This document shows, piece by piece, positions 8,217 to 16,490 of a stretch of 24,000 nt of DNA. The notes beneath the pieces are model-generated. The model had not been told where the DNA came from. It did not search any database and was given only the letters and a program-made list of their open reading frames with translations. Source of the DNA: Methanobrevibacter olleyae (GTDB lineage: Archaea; Methanobacteriota; Methanobacteria; Methanobacteriales; Methanobacteriaceae); contig SUTG01000017.1 of NCBI GenBank assembly GCA_015063035.1, forward strand, positions 4,724 through 28,723, in the 5' to 3' direction. The translations under genes were made by a program, and so were the position numbers. Positions within the stretch are counted from its first letter, which is position 1. Every line of letters starts with the position of its first letter.

Positions 8217-8840
8217 TTATTCTGGATTGAATCCAGCGATTTTCCATTTTCCATCAAATATTGCTGCAACTGAAGAAACAGGATTTTCAAATTCAGCAAA
8301 TGCACCTTCATCGAAAATGAACTTACATGCATCATCAGGAGTTTCTGCAGAGAAAACAACATCTTCAGGTGTGTTTTTCTCATAAGTTGAAATGAATTGG
8401 GCTTTACCATCCTCTATTTTTTCAACTAAGACTTTACTGTCAGTTACAATACCAATATAAGCTTCAAAATCATCTTCGTTTCCTTTAACTACTGCAGCAA
8501 TTCTTGGAGTGTTGTAATCATCCTTTTCATAATCCATAGTGATTAATGAATAAGCCATTGCATCCCTAATGTTCATTCCAATAGCTATCTTATCTGCAAT
8601 AGGATTGGTTTGTGAACCGTTTGAAATAATTGCAATGTCACCTACAGTCTTTACGCAATCGTAAGCTATATAAGAGTTTTTGAAAATATCTGTTTCAAAT
8701 CCTTCCTTTGGAATGATAGCCGCTTCATCTTCAAGAACCTTGACTTGTCTGTTTGGAAAAGATCTGCTTGAAACCCTATAAGCAACATATGGTTTTCCAT
8801 CTTCTGTTTTTCCTGCTGAAATAATTCTTCCTAAGTACAT
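8217..8840 (-). CDS. purO: archaeal IMP cyclohydrolase
   Basis: The N-terminus [31 protein letters not shown] is characteristic of the PurO family. At 207 aa the length fits. Confidence 0.85.
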   Translation of the reverse strand: MYLGRIISAGKTEDGKPYVAYRVSSRSFPNRQVKVLEDEAAIIPKEGFETDIFKNSYIAYDCVKTVGDIAIISNGSQTNPIADKIAIGMNIRDAMAYSLITMDYEKDDYNTPRIAAVVKGNEDDFEAYIGIVTDSKVLVEKIEDGKAQFISTYEKNTPEDVVFSAETPDDACKFIFDEGAFAEFENPVSSVAAIFDGKWKIAGFNPE

Positions 8841-8876
8841 TCTTTTACCCCAAATTAACTATGTGTAAGATTTATT

Positions 8877-8943
8877 AATTAATAAATTTAGAAATTTGAA
8901 AATTAATTAATTTGAAATTTAAAAATTAATAAATTTAGAAATT
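8877..8943. repeat. 20-bp perfect direct repeat (aattaataaatttagaaatt) x2 in the purO upstream spacer
   Basis: Copies at 8877-8896 and 8924-8943. Confidence 0.8.
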
Positions 8944-9048
8944 AAAAAATTGAAAATTATAAAATAAAAAAATCATATTTTAAAAAAGCATTAAAATATG
9001 AAAATTGAAAATATTAAAAAAATTAAAATAATTTAATGAAATTTGAAA

Positions 9049-9456
9049 TCATTCTGGCTTATGAACTGCCTCTTGAGGGCTCATTCCAGAAGGCGCTTGA
9101 ATATATATCGCATGTTCACTCGTTTTAATCTGAACATCCCCTTGGTCAAGCACTCTTGCATGAACACCGATAGCATTTCCTCTTATCTCAGAAGACATAT
9201 CTACGCCATTTACAACAACTTTCTGAAGTCCTGCAACAGGCAACAGATAATACTCCGCATCACCAGTAGTGTCAGTCATGTTTGGCTTTCCAGTACCGGT
9301 TCCTGTGTCATCACCTGTAACAGATGCAGCTCCGAAAGTACTGGTCACTACTAAAAAGATAAGTAAAGTAAATAAAATGTCAATAAAAGGAACTAACTTG
9401 ATTTCAGGTTCATCCCGATTCATCTTTTCCTTATGACGCTTAATGTCAATTGCCAA
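9049..9456 (-). CDS. ExbD/TolR-family biopolymer transport protein
   Basis: Basic N-terminus followed by the family TM motif KLVPFIDILFTLLIFLVVTS. TTG start with an AAGGGG Shine-Dalgarno that begins at the last base of the exbB-like stop codon. An alternative ATG lies at 9423. Confidence 0.8.
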   Translation of the reverse strand: MAIDIKRHKEKMNRDEPEIKLVPFIDILFTLLIFLVVTSTFGAASVTGDDTGTGTGKPNMTDTTGDAEYYLLPVAGLQKVVVNGVDMSSEIRGNAIGVHARVLDQGDVQIKTSEHAIYIQAPSGMSPQEAVHKPE

Positions 9457-9472
9457 TTTAACAGCCCCTTGA

Positions 9473-10312
9473 TTATTGTCTTAATTTACTTTCAGTGATT
9501 TCAGATTTTACATCACATTTTTCCAATATGATATTGCTTATACTCTTTTCAAGCATACTTGGCTTAAATGAAATCTGAATATTTGAATAAGGATCAGAGA
9601 TTTCCTTTACGCTAACAATACCCTCTGCTTCCTGAAGTGCTTCAACTACACAAGGCAATTTTTCATAAACTCTGATTTTAATTACAGCATAGCTCCAATT
9701 AGTCATTTTAGTGGCTAATTCAATCTTATCCATTTCCGCATCAATTAAACCTTTGATATAAGTGTATAAAGGCATAAGAACAATAGCTACAGTCAATCCT
9801 GCAATAGTGGTGATAAGAGCAATGTAAATACCTTCTGCCATAGCAGCGGCATCCGGATTAACACCTAAATTCTTAAAGGTCATCCAAATACCCAAAACAG
9901 TACCGATCAATCCTAAAAATGGAGCAAGCTCGATAATGGTCTTTAAAGCACTAATCCCATTGGTCATCTTTGAGAGCTCTACAATGAAAATCTGCTCCAT
10001 ACTTTCTTCCACTTCTATTTTGTTTTTATAACCTATTTTCAACGCTTCAGACATTATTCTTGAAACAGGATTCTTATAGTGGCTGATATTCTTTAAAGCT
10101 TCAATAGCTCCCCCTTGTTCCATAGATGAGGTAATAGTCCCCATAATCTCTGTAGCATCAATTTTACTTATTTTTCTAAGGTAAAATATCTTTCTTATAG
10201 ATATTAACAGACCATAGATACCAAGCAAGAGAATTATATAAGTGATAACTCCCCCACTTTGGAGCATCTCCATAATCATGTCAAATCCATTAATAAGACC
10301 TTCTATAATCAT
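9473..10312 (-). CDS. MotA/TolQ/ExbB-family proton channel protein with an extra C-terminal domain of about 80 aa
   Basis: Three TM helices. Family core LAPFLGLIGTVLGIWMTF ... AEGIYIALITTIAGLTVAIVL. The C-terminal residues from about 200 to 279 have an alternating beta/alpha pattern absent from canonical ExbB/TolQ. Confidence 0.85.
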   Translation of the reverse strand: MIIEGLINGFDMIMEMLQSGGVITYIILLLGIYGLLISIRKIFYLRKISKIDATEIMGTITSSMEQGGAIEALKNISHYKNPVSRIMSEALKIGYKNKIEVEESMEQIFIVELSKMTNGISALKTIIELAPFLGLIGTVLGIWMTFKNLGVNPDAAAMAEGIYIALITTIAGLTVAIVLMPLYTYIKGLIDAEMDKIELATKMTNWSYAVIKIRVYEKLPCVVEALQEAEGIVSVKEISDPYSNIQISFKPSMLEKSISNIILEKCDVKSEITESKLRQ

Positions 10313-10533
10313 AATATCCTCTAAAGAATTTAATTAAAAATTAATGAATCAATAATAATTGATAAGTTAATTACAATCAATCAATTAATACTAAAAATGA
10401 TTATTAATCATACTAATTATAAATTTATTATTTTTAATATAAAAGCATATTGTTAATTTTTTAAAAAAATAAAGCATTATTTTAAATTTTTAATTAAAAC
10501 CATAGAAAATAAACCCCTTCAAATATCAATAGT

Positions 10534-10543
10534 TTTTTATATT
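10534..10543 (+). promoter_or_regulatory. candidate TATA box for a leaderless cofE mRNA
   Basis: tttttatatt is centred about 26 bp upstream of the ATG at 10565. No Shine-Dalgarno-like purine run sits before the ATG. Confidence 0.3.
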
Positions 10544-10564
10544 TCATTAATATAAAATTTAATT

Positions 10565-11329
10565 ATGACTTTAAAATTATATGGATTGAAAGAAATTCCT
10601 TTAGTTAAAAAAGGAGATAATATCGCTAAGATAATTGAAGAGGATTTGGGAAAGGAGAATATTGCTCTTGAAGATGGAGACATTTTGCTGATTGCTGAAA
10701 CATTGATTTCAAAGGCTGAAGGAAACTACATTAAAATTGATGAACTTGAGCCAAGTGAAGAAACAATTAAAATTGCAGAAAAATGCAAAAAAGATCCAAA
10801 ACTCGTTGAAGCTATTTTACAGGAATCAAATGAAATCGTTGCGGTTGGGCCTAATTTCATTGTAACTAAAACCAAACATGGATTTGTTTGTGCGAACTCT
10901 GGAATCGATGAATCCAATGTGGAAGAGGGGTTAGCAACCCCAATGCCTGAAAATCCTGACAAATCTGCAAAGGAAATAAGAGAGTACTTGGAAGAAAAAA
11001 CCGATAAGGAAATTGCAGTGATCATTACAGACACTCAAGGAAGAGCATTTAGAGTAGGTGCAATTGGAACCGCTATCGGTTGCTCTGGAATCAAACCTCT
11101 TTGGGTAAGAATCGGTGAAGAGGACCTATTCGGCAGAGCTCTTGAGACAACTGAAGTTGCAACCGCAGACGAGCTTGCAGCTGCTGCATCATTATTGATG
11201 GGCCAAGCGAATGAAGGAATTCCTATCGTGTTGATTAGAGGATTTGATGCATTTGACCATCTTAGAGACACTGAAACTGGAATCAAGCCATTGCTTAGAC
11301 CTAAAGAGTTTGATGTGTTTAGAAAATAG
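10565..11329 (+). CDS. cofE: coenzyme F420-0:L-glutamate ligase
   Basis: 254-aa ORF. The segments GDILLIAETLISKAEG, FVCANSGIDESN and ITDTQGRAFRVGAIGTAIG match the CofE family pattern. Confidence 0.85.
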   Translation: MTLKLYGLKEIPLVKKGDNIAKIIEEDLGKENIALEDGDILLIAETLISKAEGNYIKIDELEPSEETIKIAEKCKKDPKLVEAILQESNEIVAVGPNFIVTKTKHGFVCANSGIDESNVEEGLATPMPENPDKSAKEIREYLEEKTDKEIAVIITDTQGRAFRVGAIGTAIGCSGIKPLWVRIGEEDLFGRALETTEVATADELAAAASLLMGQANEGIPIVLIRGFDAFDHLRDTETGIKPLLRPKEFDVFRK

Positions 11330-11369
11330 ATAATAATATTACATTATATGCAAATATTGATTTTCTTTT

Positions 11370-11420
11370 TGAGTGTTAAATATTTCTGAGTGCTGACCTT
11401 TAATGAGTGTTGAATATGGT
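11370..11420 (+). repeat. 3 x 17-bp tandem repeat (TGAGTGYT...) overlapping the start of the zinc-ribbon ORF
   Basis: Units start at 11370, 11387 and 11404: tgagtgttaaatatttc, tgagtgctgacctttaa, tgagtgttgaatatggt. Confidence 0.8.
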
Positions 11421-11928
11421 GGAAATTAATTTTAAATGTGAAAACTGTGATTTTTCATTTTTAGATAAGAATTTAATATTCTATTTAGATACTGATTTGG
11501 ATGATTTGGAATCCATTTTTGATTTCTATTCTAAAGACAAAAAAGATGACAGCAATCATTTAGAACTTATTGAAGACAGTCACAATAAGGAAAATTCGGA
11601 TAAAATGACTAAATCCTTAATTTCAGGTTTCCTTTATGAAAACTATTGTCCAAATTGCAATGAATTAATTAAAAGTTATGTTCCAGAAGACAATGAGCTT
11701 TTCACTCAAGAAGAGATTGAAAAAATACTGACTAAAGAAATTTCAAAGAATACTAATGAAAAAACATTTAAAATACTATTTTTTGATTTTAAAAAGACAT
11801 TTTACAAAGATAGACGAAACATTCTTGAAAACAACAATTGCCCTAATTGCAATAGTGAAATGTCTTTAGTAATTTCTGAGAAAACTCCATGTCCTCAATG
11901 TGGAAGTCCATTAAAGGAAGAATTTTAA
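11416..11928 (+). CDS. small acidic protein with four CxxC pairs (two predicted zinc ribbons)
   Basis: Motifs CENC, CPNC, CPNC and CPQC. ATG at 11416 with GAGTG six nt upstream. The ORF track opens at GTG 11407. Very AT-rich and K/E/N-rich, with no family recognised. Confidence 0.55.
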   Translation: MVEINFKCENCDFSFLDKNLIFYLDTDLDDLESIFDFYSKDKKDDSNHLELIEDSHNKENSDKMTKSLISGFLYENYCPNCNELIKSYVPEDNELFTQEEIEKILTKEISKNTNEKTFKILFFDFKKTFYKDRRNILENNNCPNCNSEMSLVISEKTPCPQCGSPLKEEF

Positions 11929-12083
11929 AGTTAAAAATTATTAAAAATTCTATTAATAAAAAAAATTATTAAAAATTTTAATGATAAGAAATTAATAATA
12001 TTTAAAAATTTTATAATGATTAAATTTAAATGATTAAAAAATATAAAAATCCTATCGCAAAAAAGATAAAAAGAGTGAAAATC

Positions 12084-12986
12084 ATGATAACTGTTTTTTC
12101 TGGAGGCACTGGAACTCCAAAACTGATTCAAGGAATAAAGGAAATTTATCCTGAAGAGGAAATTACCGTCGTAGTCAATACCGTGGAAAATTTATATATG
12201 TCCAGAGGGTATATCGCAGCGGATATCGATACCGTGATGTATACCTTTGCAGATATGATTGATGAGGAGTTCTGGTATGGCATTAAAGGGGACACATTCA
12301 TTGTTAGAGAACAGCTGATTGAAATGGGAACTACTGAATTGCTCAGATTAGGAGATAAGGATAGGGCAACCAAACTTCAAAAAGCCATTTTGCTTGAGGA
12401 AGGTTGGGCATTATCCGATATTGTTGAACTCCAAAAGGACAAGTTAGGAATTAAGGCAAGAATAATTCCAATGAGCGATGAGGAATCTGAAATAAGCATA
12501 GTCACTAAAGAGCATGGTGAGATTGAGTTCCATGACTTTTTAATTAAATACCAATGCAACTGTGAAGTCCTTGAAGTGAAATATGCTAATGTGAGCCCTA
12601 GCCCAAAACTGATTGAATCAATTGAAAAATGCGATAAAGTTATTTTTGGACCGTCAAATCCAATCACTTCAATAAGACCAATCATTTCAATAGATGGGGT
12701 TGAAGATGCCCTTAAAGAAAAAGAGGTGATTGCAGTTTCACCATTTGTAGGCAAATCCGCATTCAGTGGACCTGCTGGGCAATTCATGAATGCATTTGGA
12801 TATGAAACCTCTTCCAAAGGAGTCGCAGAACTTTATAAATCATTCCTAAACACATTGGTGATTGATAATCAAGACGAAGAGTTTAAAGAAGAGATTGAAG
12901 AAATCATTCCAAATGTCATCGTAACCAATACTTTCATGAAAACAATTGAAGATAAGATCAATCTTGCAAAAATTATTTTAGAATAA
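12084..12986 (+). CDS. cofD: 2-phospho-L-lactate transferase (F420 biosynthesis)
   Basis: MITVFSGGTGTPKLIQG is the N-terminal CofD signature, and FGPSNPITSI is also present. The ORF-track start at 12030 adds a K-rich 18-aa extension that is unlikely to be real. Confidence 0.85.
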   Translation: MITVFSGGTGTPKLIQGIKEIYPEEEITVVVNTVENLYMSRGYIAADIDTVMYTFADMIDEEFWYGIKGDTFIVREQLIEMGTTELLRLGDKDRATKLQKAILLEEGWALSDIVELQKDKLGIKARIIPMSDEESEISIVTKEHGEIEFHDFLIKYQCNCEVLEVKYANVSPSPKLIESIEKCDKVIFGPSNPITSIRPIISIDGVEDALKEKEVIAVSPFVGKSAFSGPAGQFMNAFGYETSSKGVAELYKSFLNTLVIDNQDEEFKEEIEEIIPNVIVTNTFMKTIEDKINLAKIILE

Positions 12987-13142
12987 AAAATTTTCAAAAC
13001 TGTTTTAAAACTACTAAAAATTATTTATCAAATTATTAAAAATTATTTGATAAAATAAAAAAATTGATTATTAATAAAAAACAACTAAAAATTATTAAAA
13101 ATAAAAGATTTTTTAAGAAAATTAATAATTAAATGCTTAAAG

Positions 13143-13150
13143 TTTAAATA
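13143..13150 (+). promoter_or_regulatory. candidate TATA box (TTTAAATA) for arfA
   Basis: It matches the archaeal TATA consensus TTTAWATA. It lies about 45 bp upstream of the ATG at 13195, with an AGGTGA Shine-Dalgarno at 13183-13188 in between. Confidence 0.35.
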
Positions 13151-13194
13151 CTAATTTAGTTATAACTAAATATATTACTATTAGGTGAAAATAT

Positions 13195-13956
13195 ATGATA
13201 CAAATGACTTTGATACAAATCGATAATTATGGTCCATGGACAGTAACTCCAAGACCACGTACAGAATCTGACCTTCAAATCTTGCAAGCGGAACTTTTTG
13301 CAGATGTGCAAAGACAAATAGCTGCTAAAAAAGGTTTAGTGTTCTTTACAAGATTTGATAATTTACTTGCAGTCACAAACGGTCTTAATGAAGAGGACCA
13401 TATGAGAATTCAAAGATCCATTAGAAACAGATACCCTATTACAATCAGTATGGGTGTAGGGGCAGCAGAAACTGCACACGAAGCTCAAAGATTAGCAACC
13501 ATTGCACTTCAAAAAGAAGGTGGAGCCCAATCTTCTGGAAGAAAAGAAATACTAGCAATAAACAATTTAATTGAAAACCCAGAAGACAGCTTCGTACAAG
13601 CTGCACATATCGATATAAACAGCGTTACTGAAACCTTAACTGATATCGAATCTGCTTTTGATACAAGCTTTATGGTAAACAAAGCTCAACATTACTTAAT
13701 GACTAAACTCAGAGATAAAGGAGCATTACTGTTCTTCATTGGTGGAGACAACTTCATGTCCCCTTGTAATGGCTTAAGTGAAGAAGACCTCACCCAAATC
13801 CTTATTGACATTAAAGAGGAAATTGGAATTGGATTGAAAGCAGGTATCGGCAGAGCAGACAATATGGAAGATGCCGCATATATGGCAGACATAGGACTTG
13901 AAATAATTCGTGAAGGAAATAATAAAGATTGGATACATGTAATTGAAGAACTTTAA
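13195..13956 (+). CDS. arfA: GTP cyclohydrolase III (FAPy-forming; archaeal riboflavin/F420 branch)
   Basis: [28 protein letters not shown] closely matches the N-terminus I recall for the Methanocaldococcus enzyme. [14 protein letters not shown] is also family-typical. Confidence 0.8.
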   Translation: MIQMTLIQIDNYGPWTVTPRPRTESDLQILQAELFADVQRQIAAKKGLVFFTRFDNLLAVTNGLNEEDHMRIQRSIRNRYPITISMGVGAAETAHEAQRLATIALQKEGGAQSSGRKEILAINNLIENPEDSFVQAAHIDINSVTETLTDIESAFDTSFMVNKAQHYLMTKLRDKGALLFFIGGDNFMSPCNGLSEEDLTQILIDIKEEIGIGLKAGIGRADNMEDAAYMADIGLEIIREGNNKDWIHVIEEL

Positions 13957-14090
13957 ATACCATCTTATTTTCACTTAATTTGACTTTTCTTTTTATTTTC
14001 CTTTTTTATTTTAAATTTTTTAGCTATTTTTAAGAAAATTATTTAATCTGAACTATTTAAGGAAGTGTTAACATTAAAGTACTTGCGCCT

Positions 14091-14804
14091 ATGGCAGGAA
14101 TAACAAATGCAGAATTTGCTATGAAACTGATTCCTTATGGATTTGATACAGTCACTATTGGAGGATACAATACAGATAATGAGTCAATAGAAGCCTGTGA
14201 AAAGATTATAGCAAGAGGCAGGAAAGAGTTCAATTACCCTAAAGAAGAAATCTATGAGGTAATTGAAAATGAAGTTAACACAATTAAAGATAGTTTTGAT
14301 GTGAAAGTCAGTGCAAACTTAAGAGGAACCACTCCAGATCCGCTAATTGAAATCAGCAAAATAAAAAATTTAGACATTATCGAAATCAATTGCCATTGCA
14401 GACAGGAAGAGCTTGTAGCAGTTGGCTGTGGACAAAGCATGCTGCTGAGACAAGACTTGGAAGATTATGTAAAAGAAGTTGTCAAAAAATCAAAATCAAA
14501 AGTTTCAATGAAAATGAGAGCAAATGTTGAAGGTGTTGACAATTTAGCTATTGCTCAATTGGCAGAAGATTGTGGAGTAGACTATTTACACATTGATGCT
14601 ATGAAAAAAGGAGTTAGAGACGCTGATTTTGATTTAATAAAACAAATAGCAGACCACACTAATATTTACATCATTGGAAACAACTCAATCAATTCCATTG
14701 CTCAAGCAGAAAAAATGTTAAATGCGGGAGCAAATGGCATATCAATTGCTAGAGCTGCCATTAGTGGAAAATTAAATTTTGATTTGAATGAAATTAAAAT
14801 TTAA
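14091..14804 (+). CDS. Dus/NifR3-related FMN-type TIM-barrel protein (archaeal subgroup); the true start is probably upstream at ATT 14073
   Basis: APMAGITNAEF-type Dus N-terminal motif, of which only MAGITN lies after the first ATG. In-frame upstream codons encode IKVLAP. A GGAAGTG Shine-Dalgarno sits at 14061-14067 and an in-frame TAA at 14058. Confidence 0.7.
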   Translation: MAGITNAEFAMKLIPYGFDTVTIGGYNTDNESIEACEKIIARGRKEFNYPKEEIYEVIENEVNTIKDSFDVKVSANLRGTTPDPLIEISKIKNLDIIEINCHCRQEELVAVGCGQSMLLRQDLEDYVKEVVKKSKSKVSMKMRANVEGVDNLAIAQLAEDCGVDYLHIDAMKKGVRDADFDLIKQIADHTNIYIIGNNSINSIAQAEKMLNAGANGISIARAAISGKLNFDLNEIKI

Positions 14805-14859
14805 TATTTTTTATTTTATATATTTTTAATATTTGAAGAATGAAATATGGCCATCACAC

Positions 14860-16133
14860 TTAACCATCATTCTCTTTTTTAGCAAATTCTCCTAAAAAGT
14901 TAACAGGCTCTCCCCTTTTTGCTCTCTCATAATAATCAACTGTTGCAGTGAATAAAGGATCAGAACTTGAATTGAGGGCAGTTTCAAAGGAATCTTGAAT
15001 TACACCAATGATAAATCCTACTGAAATGGCTTGAAGGGAAATGTCTGAAGGTATTCCAAATAATGAACAAGCCATCGGAATAAGCAATAGGGAACCTCCA
15101 ACAACACCTGAAGCTCCAAATGCACCAAATGTAGAAACAATGCATAATAGAATAGTGGTAGGTATATCCACAGCTATTCCTAATGTATTGCACACCGCCA
15201 AAGTCATTATTGTAATGGTGATTGCTGCGCCACCGGTATTCAATGTAGACCCTAAAGGAATGCTGATTGAATAGAGATCCTCATCAAGACCAAGCTTTTC
15301 ACAAAGGATCATGTTTACAGGAATGTTTGCTGCGGAACTTCTTGTAAAGAATGCAGTGATAGAACTTTCCTTTAAGCAAATGTAAAGAAGAGGATAAGGA
15401 TTACGCCTTAAGATAATGGCCACAATGAGAGGATATACAATCAAAGCGGTAAAGGCCATGCAAGCAACAAGCAATAATATTAACTCCCCATATTCAATGA
15501 ATATGCTTAAACCATTTTGAGAAACTGCAGTGAATACAAGAGACATGATACCGATAGGAGCAAATTGTATAATTCCAACTACAACCATAGTTAATGCATC
15601 TGAAAAATCGATAAGCAATTCCTTAGTATTTTCACTAGCAACTTTCCTTAAGGCAATACCTATAACAAATGCCCAGAATAAGATTCCCAAATAATCACCT
15701 TGTGACAGGCAAACCAAAGGATTTGAAAAAATATTATGCAGAAGATTGCTTACAATTTCCCCTAATCCTCAGGAGGAGATAGGGAACTTGCTTCAGTAAG
15801 TGTCATGCCTACTGGAAACAGAAAGCTTCCAATAACTGCAACCAATGATGCTATGAAAGTTGAAAAAAAGAATAAGCAGATTATTTTTTTAAATTTGTTT
15901 GCTATTCCACCATCAGTTTTTGATAAGGCAGAACCGACCAATAGAAAAACAAGAATTGGAGCAATGGCTTTTAAAGCATCTACAAATAATTCTCCTGGAA
16001 GGCCAATCATATCATATTGGGGAACTGTAAGTCCTAAAACAATACCTATGACTAAACCAATGATTATCTTTAATATTAGACTGGATTCAGTCCACTTTTT
16101 AACAAAATTATTCATAAAATACCTCTTAGCCAA
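14860..16133 (-). pseudogene. sstT: serine/threonine:Na+ symporter (SstT, dicarboxylate/amino-acid:cation symporter family) disrupted by a 1-nt frameshift
   Basis: The two ORFs (15762-16133 and 14860-15717) align colinearly with E. coli SstT as I recall it: [18 protein letters not shown] versus SPPEGLGEIV..GDYLGILFW here. The frames can only be joined at 15765-15768. Confidence 0.75.
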
Positions 16134-16282
16134 TTATTGTTTTTTTACAAAACTAATTAATCTTTTATTTTTCCTATTTAAAATTATTTTTGAAAAGATT
16201 TCATATTTCTTTTTTATTTTTTATTTCTTATTTCTTATTTCTTAATTCCTCATTATCATCACATATTACCATTTATTTATTA

Positions 16283-16432
16283 TCATAATTTTTTCTTCAT
16301 AATTTTATCTTCATAATTTCATAATCATATTATATTACTATTTTAATTCTGTTTTTCAAGCTTTAGAATAAAAAGATAAAATATATATTAAATGTTATGA
16401 ATATATATTCATAATAAATATATATTCATAAT
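16283..16432. repeat. six exact TCATAAT heptamers in the sstT / DUF134 divergent spacer
   Basis: Copies start at 16283, 16297, 16311, 16319, 16409 and 16426. They are embedded in 14-bp and 17-bp local duplications. Confidence 0.8.
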
Positions 16433-16453
16433 GAGATTCTTAAAATCTCATTA
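16429..16453. promoter_or_regulatory. perfect 10-bp-arm palindrome (taatgagatt-cttaa-aatctcatta), candidate operator upstream of the DUF134 gene
   Basis: Arms at 16429-16438 and 16444-16453. It lies 38 bp upstream of the ATG at 16491, between TATA-like boxes and the AAGGAGAG Shine-Dalgarno at 16478-16485. Confidence 0.4.
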
Positions 16454-16490
16454 ATATATTCATTAAGGAAAAGATTTAAGGAGAGAATTA

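Noticed and set aside
8164-8410. Two 73-aa ORFs (8164-8385 on the plus strand, 8189-8410 on the minus strand) at the purO 3' end.
   Set aside because: Both overlap the purO coding region out of frame or antisense, and have neither recognisable motifs nor translation signals.
10397-10411. Palindrome atgattaTtaatcat in the exbB-cofE divergent spacer as a possible operator.
   Set aside because: It is a short, A/T-dominated palindrome of a kind expected by chance in this composition, with no second copy or positional support.
12030-12083. N-terminal extension of cofD (MIKKYKNPIAKKIKRVKI) suggested by the ORF track.
   Set aside because: It is a K-rich, AT-driven extension with no counterpart in the CofD family. 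The conserved MITVFSGGTGTPKL N-terminus begins at ATG 12084.
15762-15764. TAG in sstT as a pyrrolysine or read-through codon, or a programmed frameshift.
   Set aside because: Reading through the TAG gives GKL and then a TAA three codons later, and homology continues only in the -1 frame. There is no slippery X-XXY-YYZ heptamer. Pyl decoding is not expected in Methanobacteriales.
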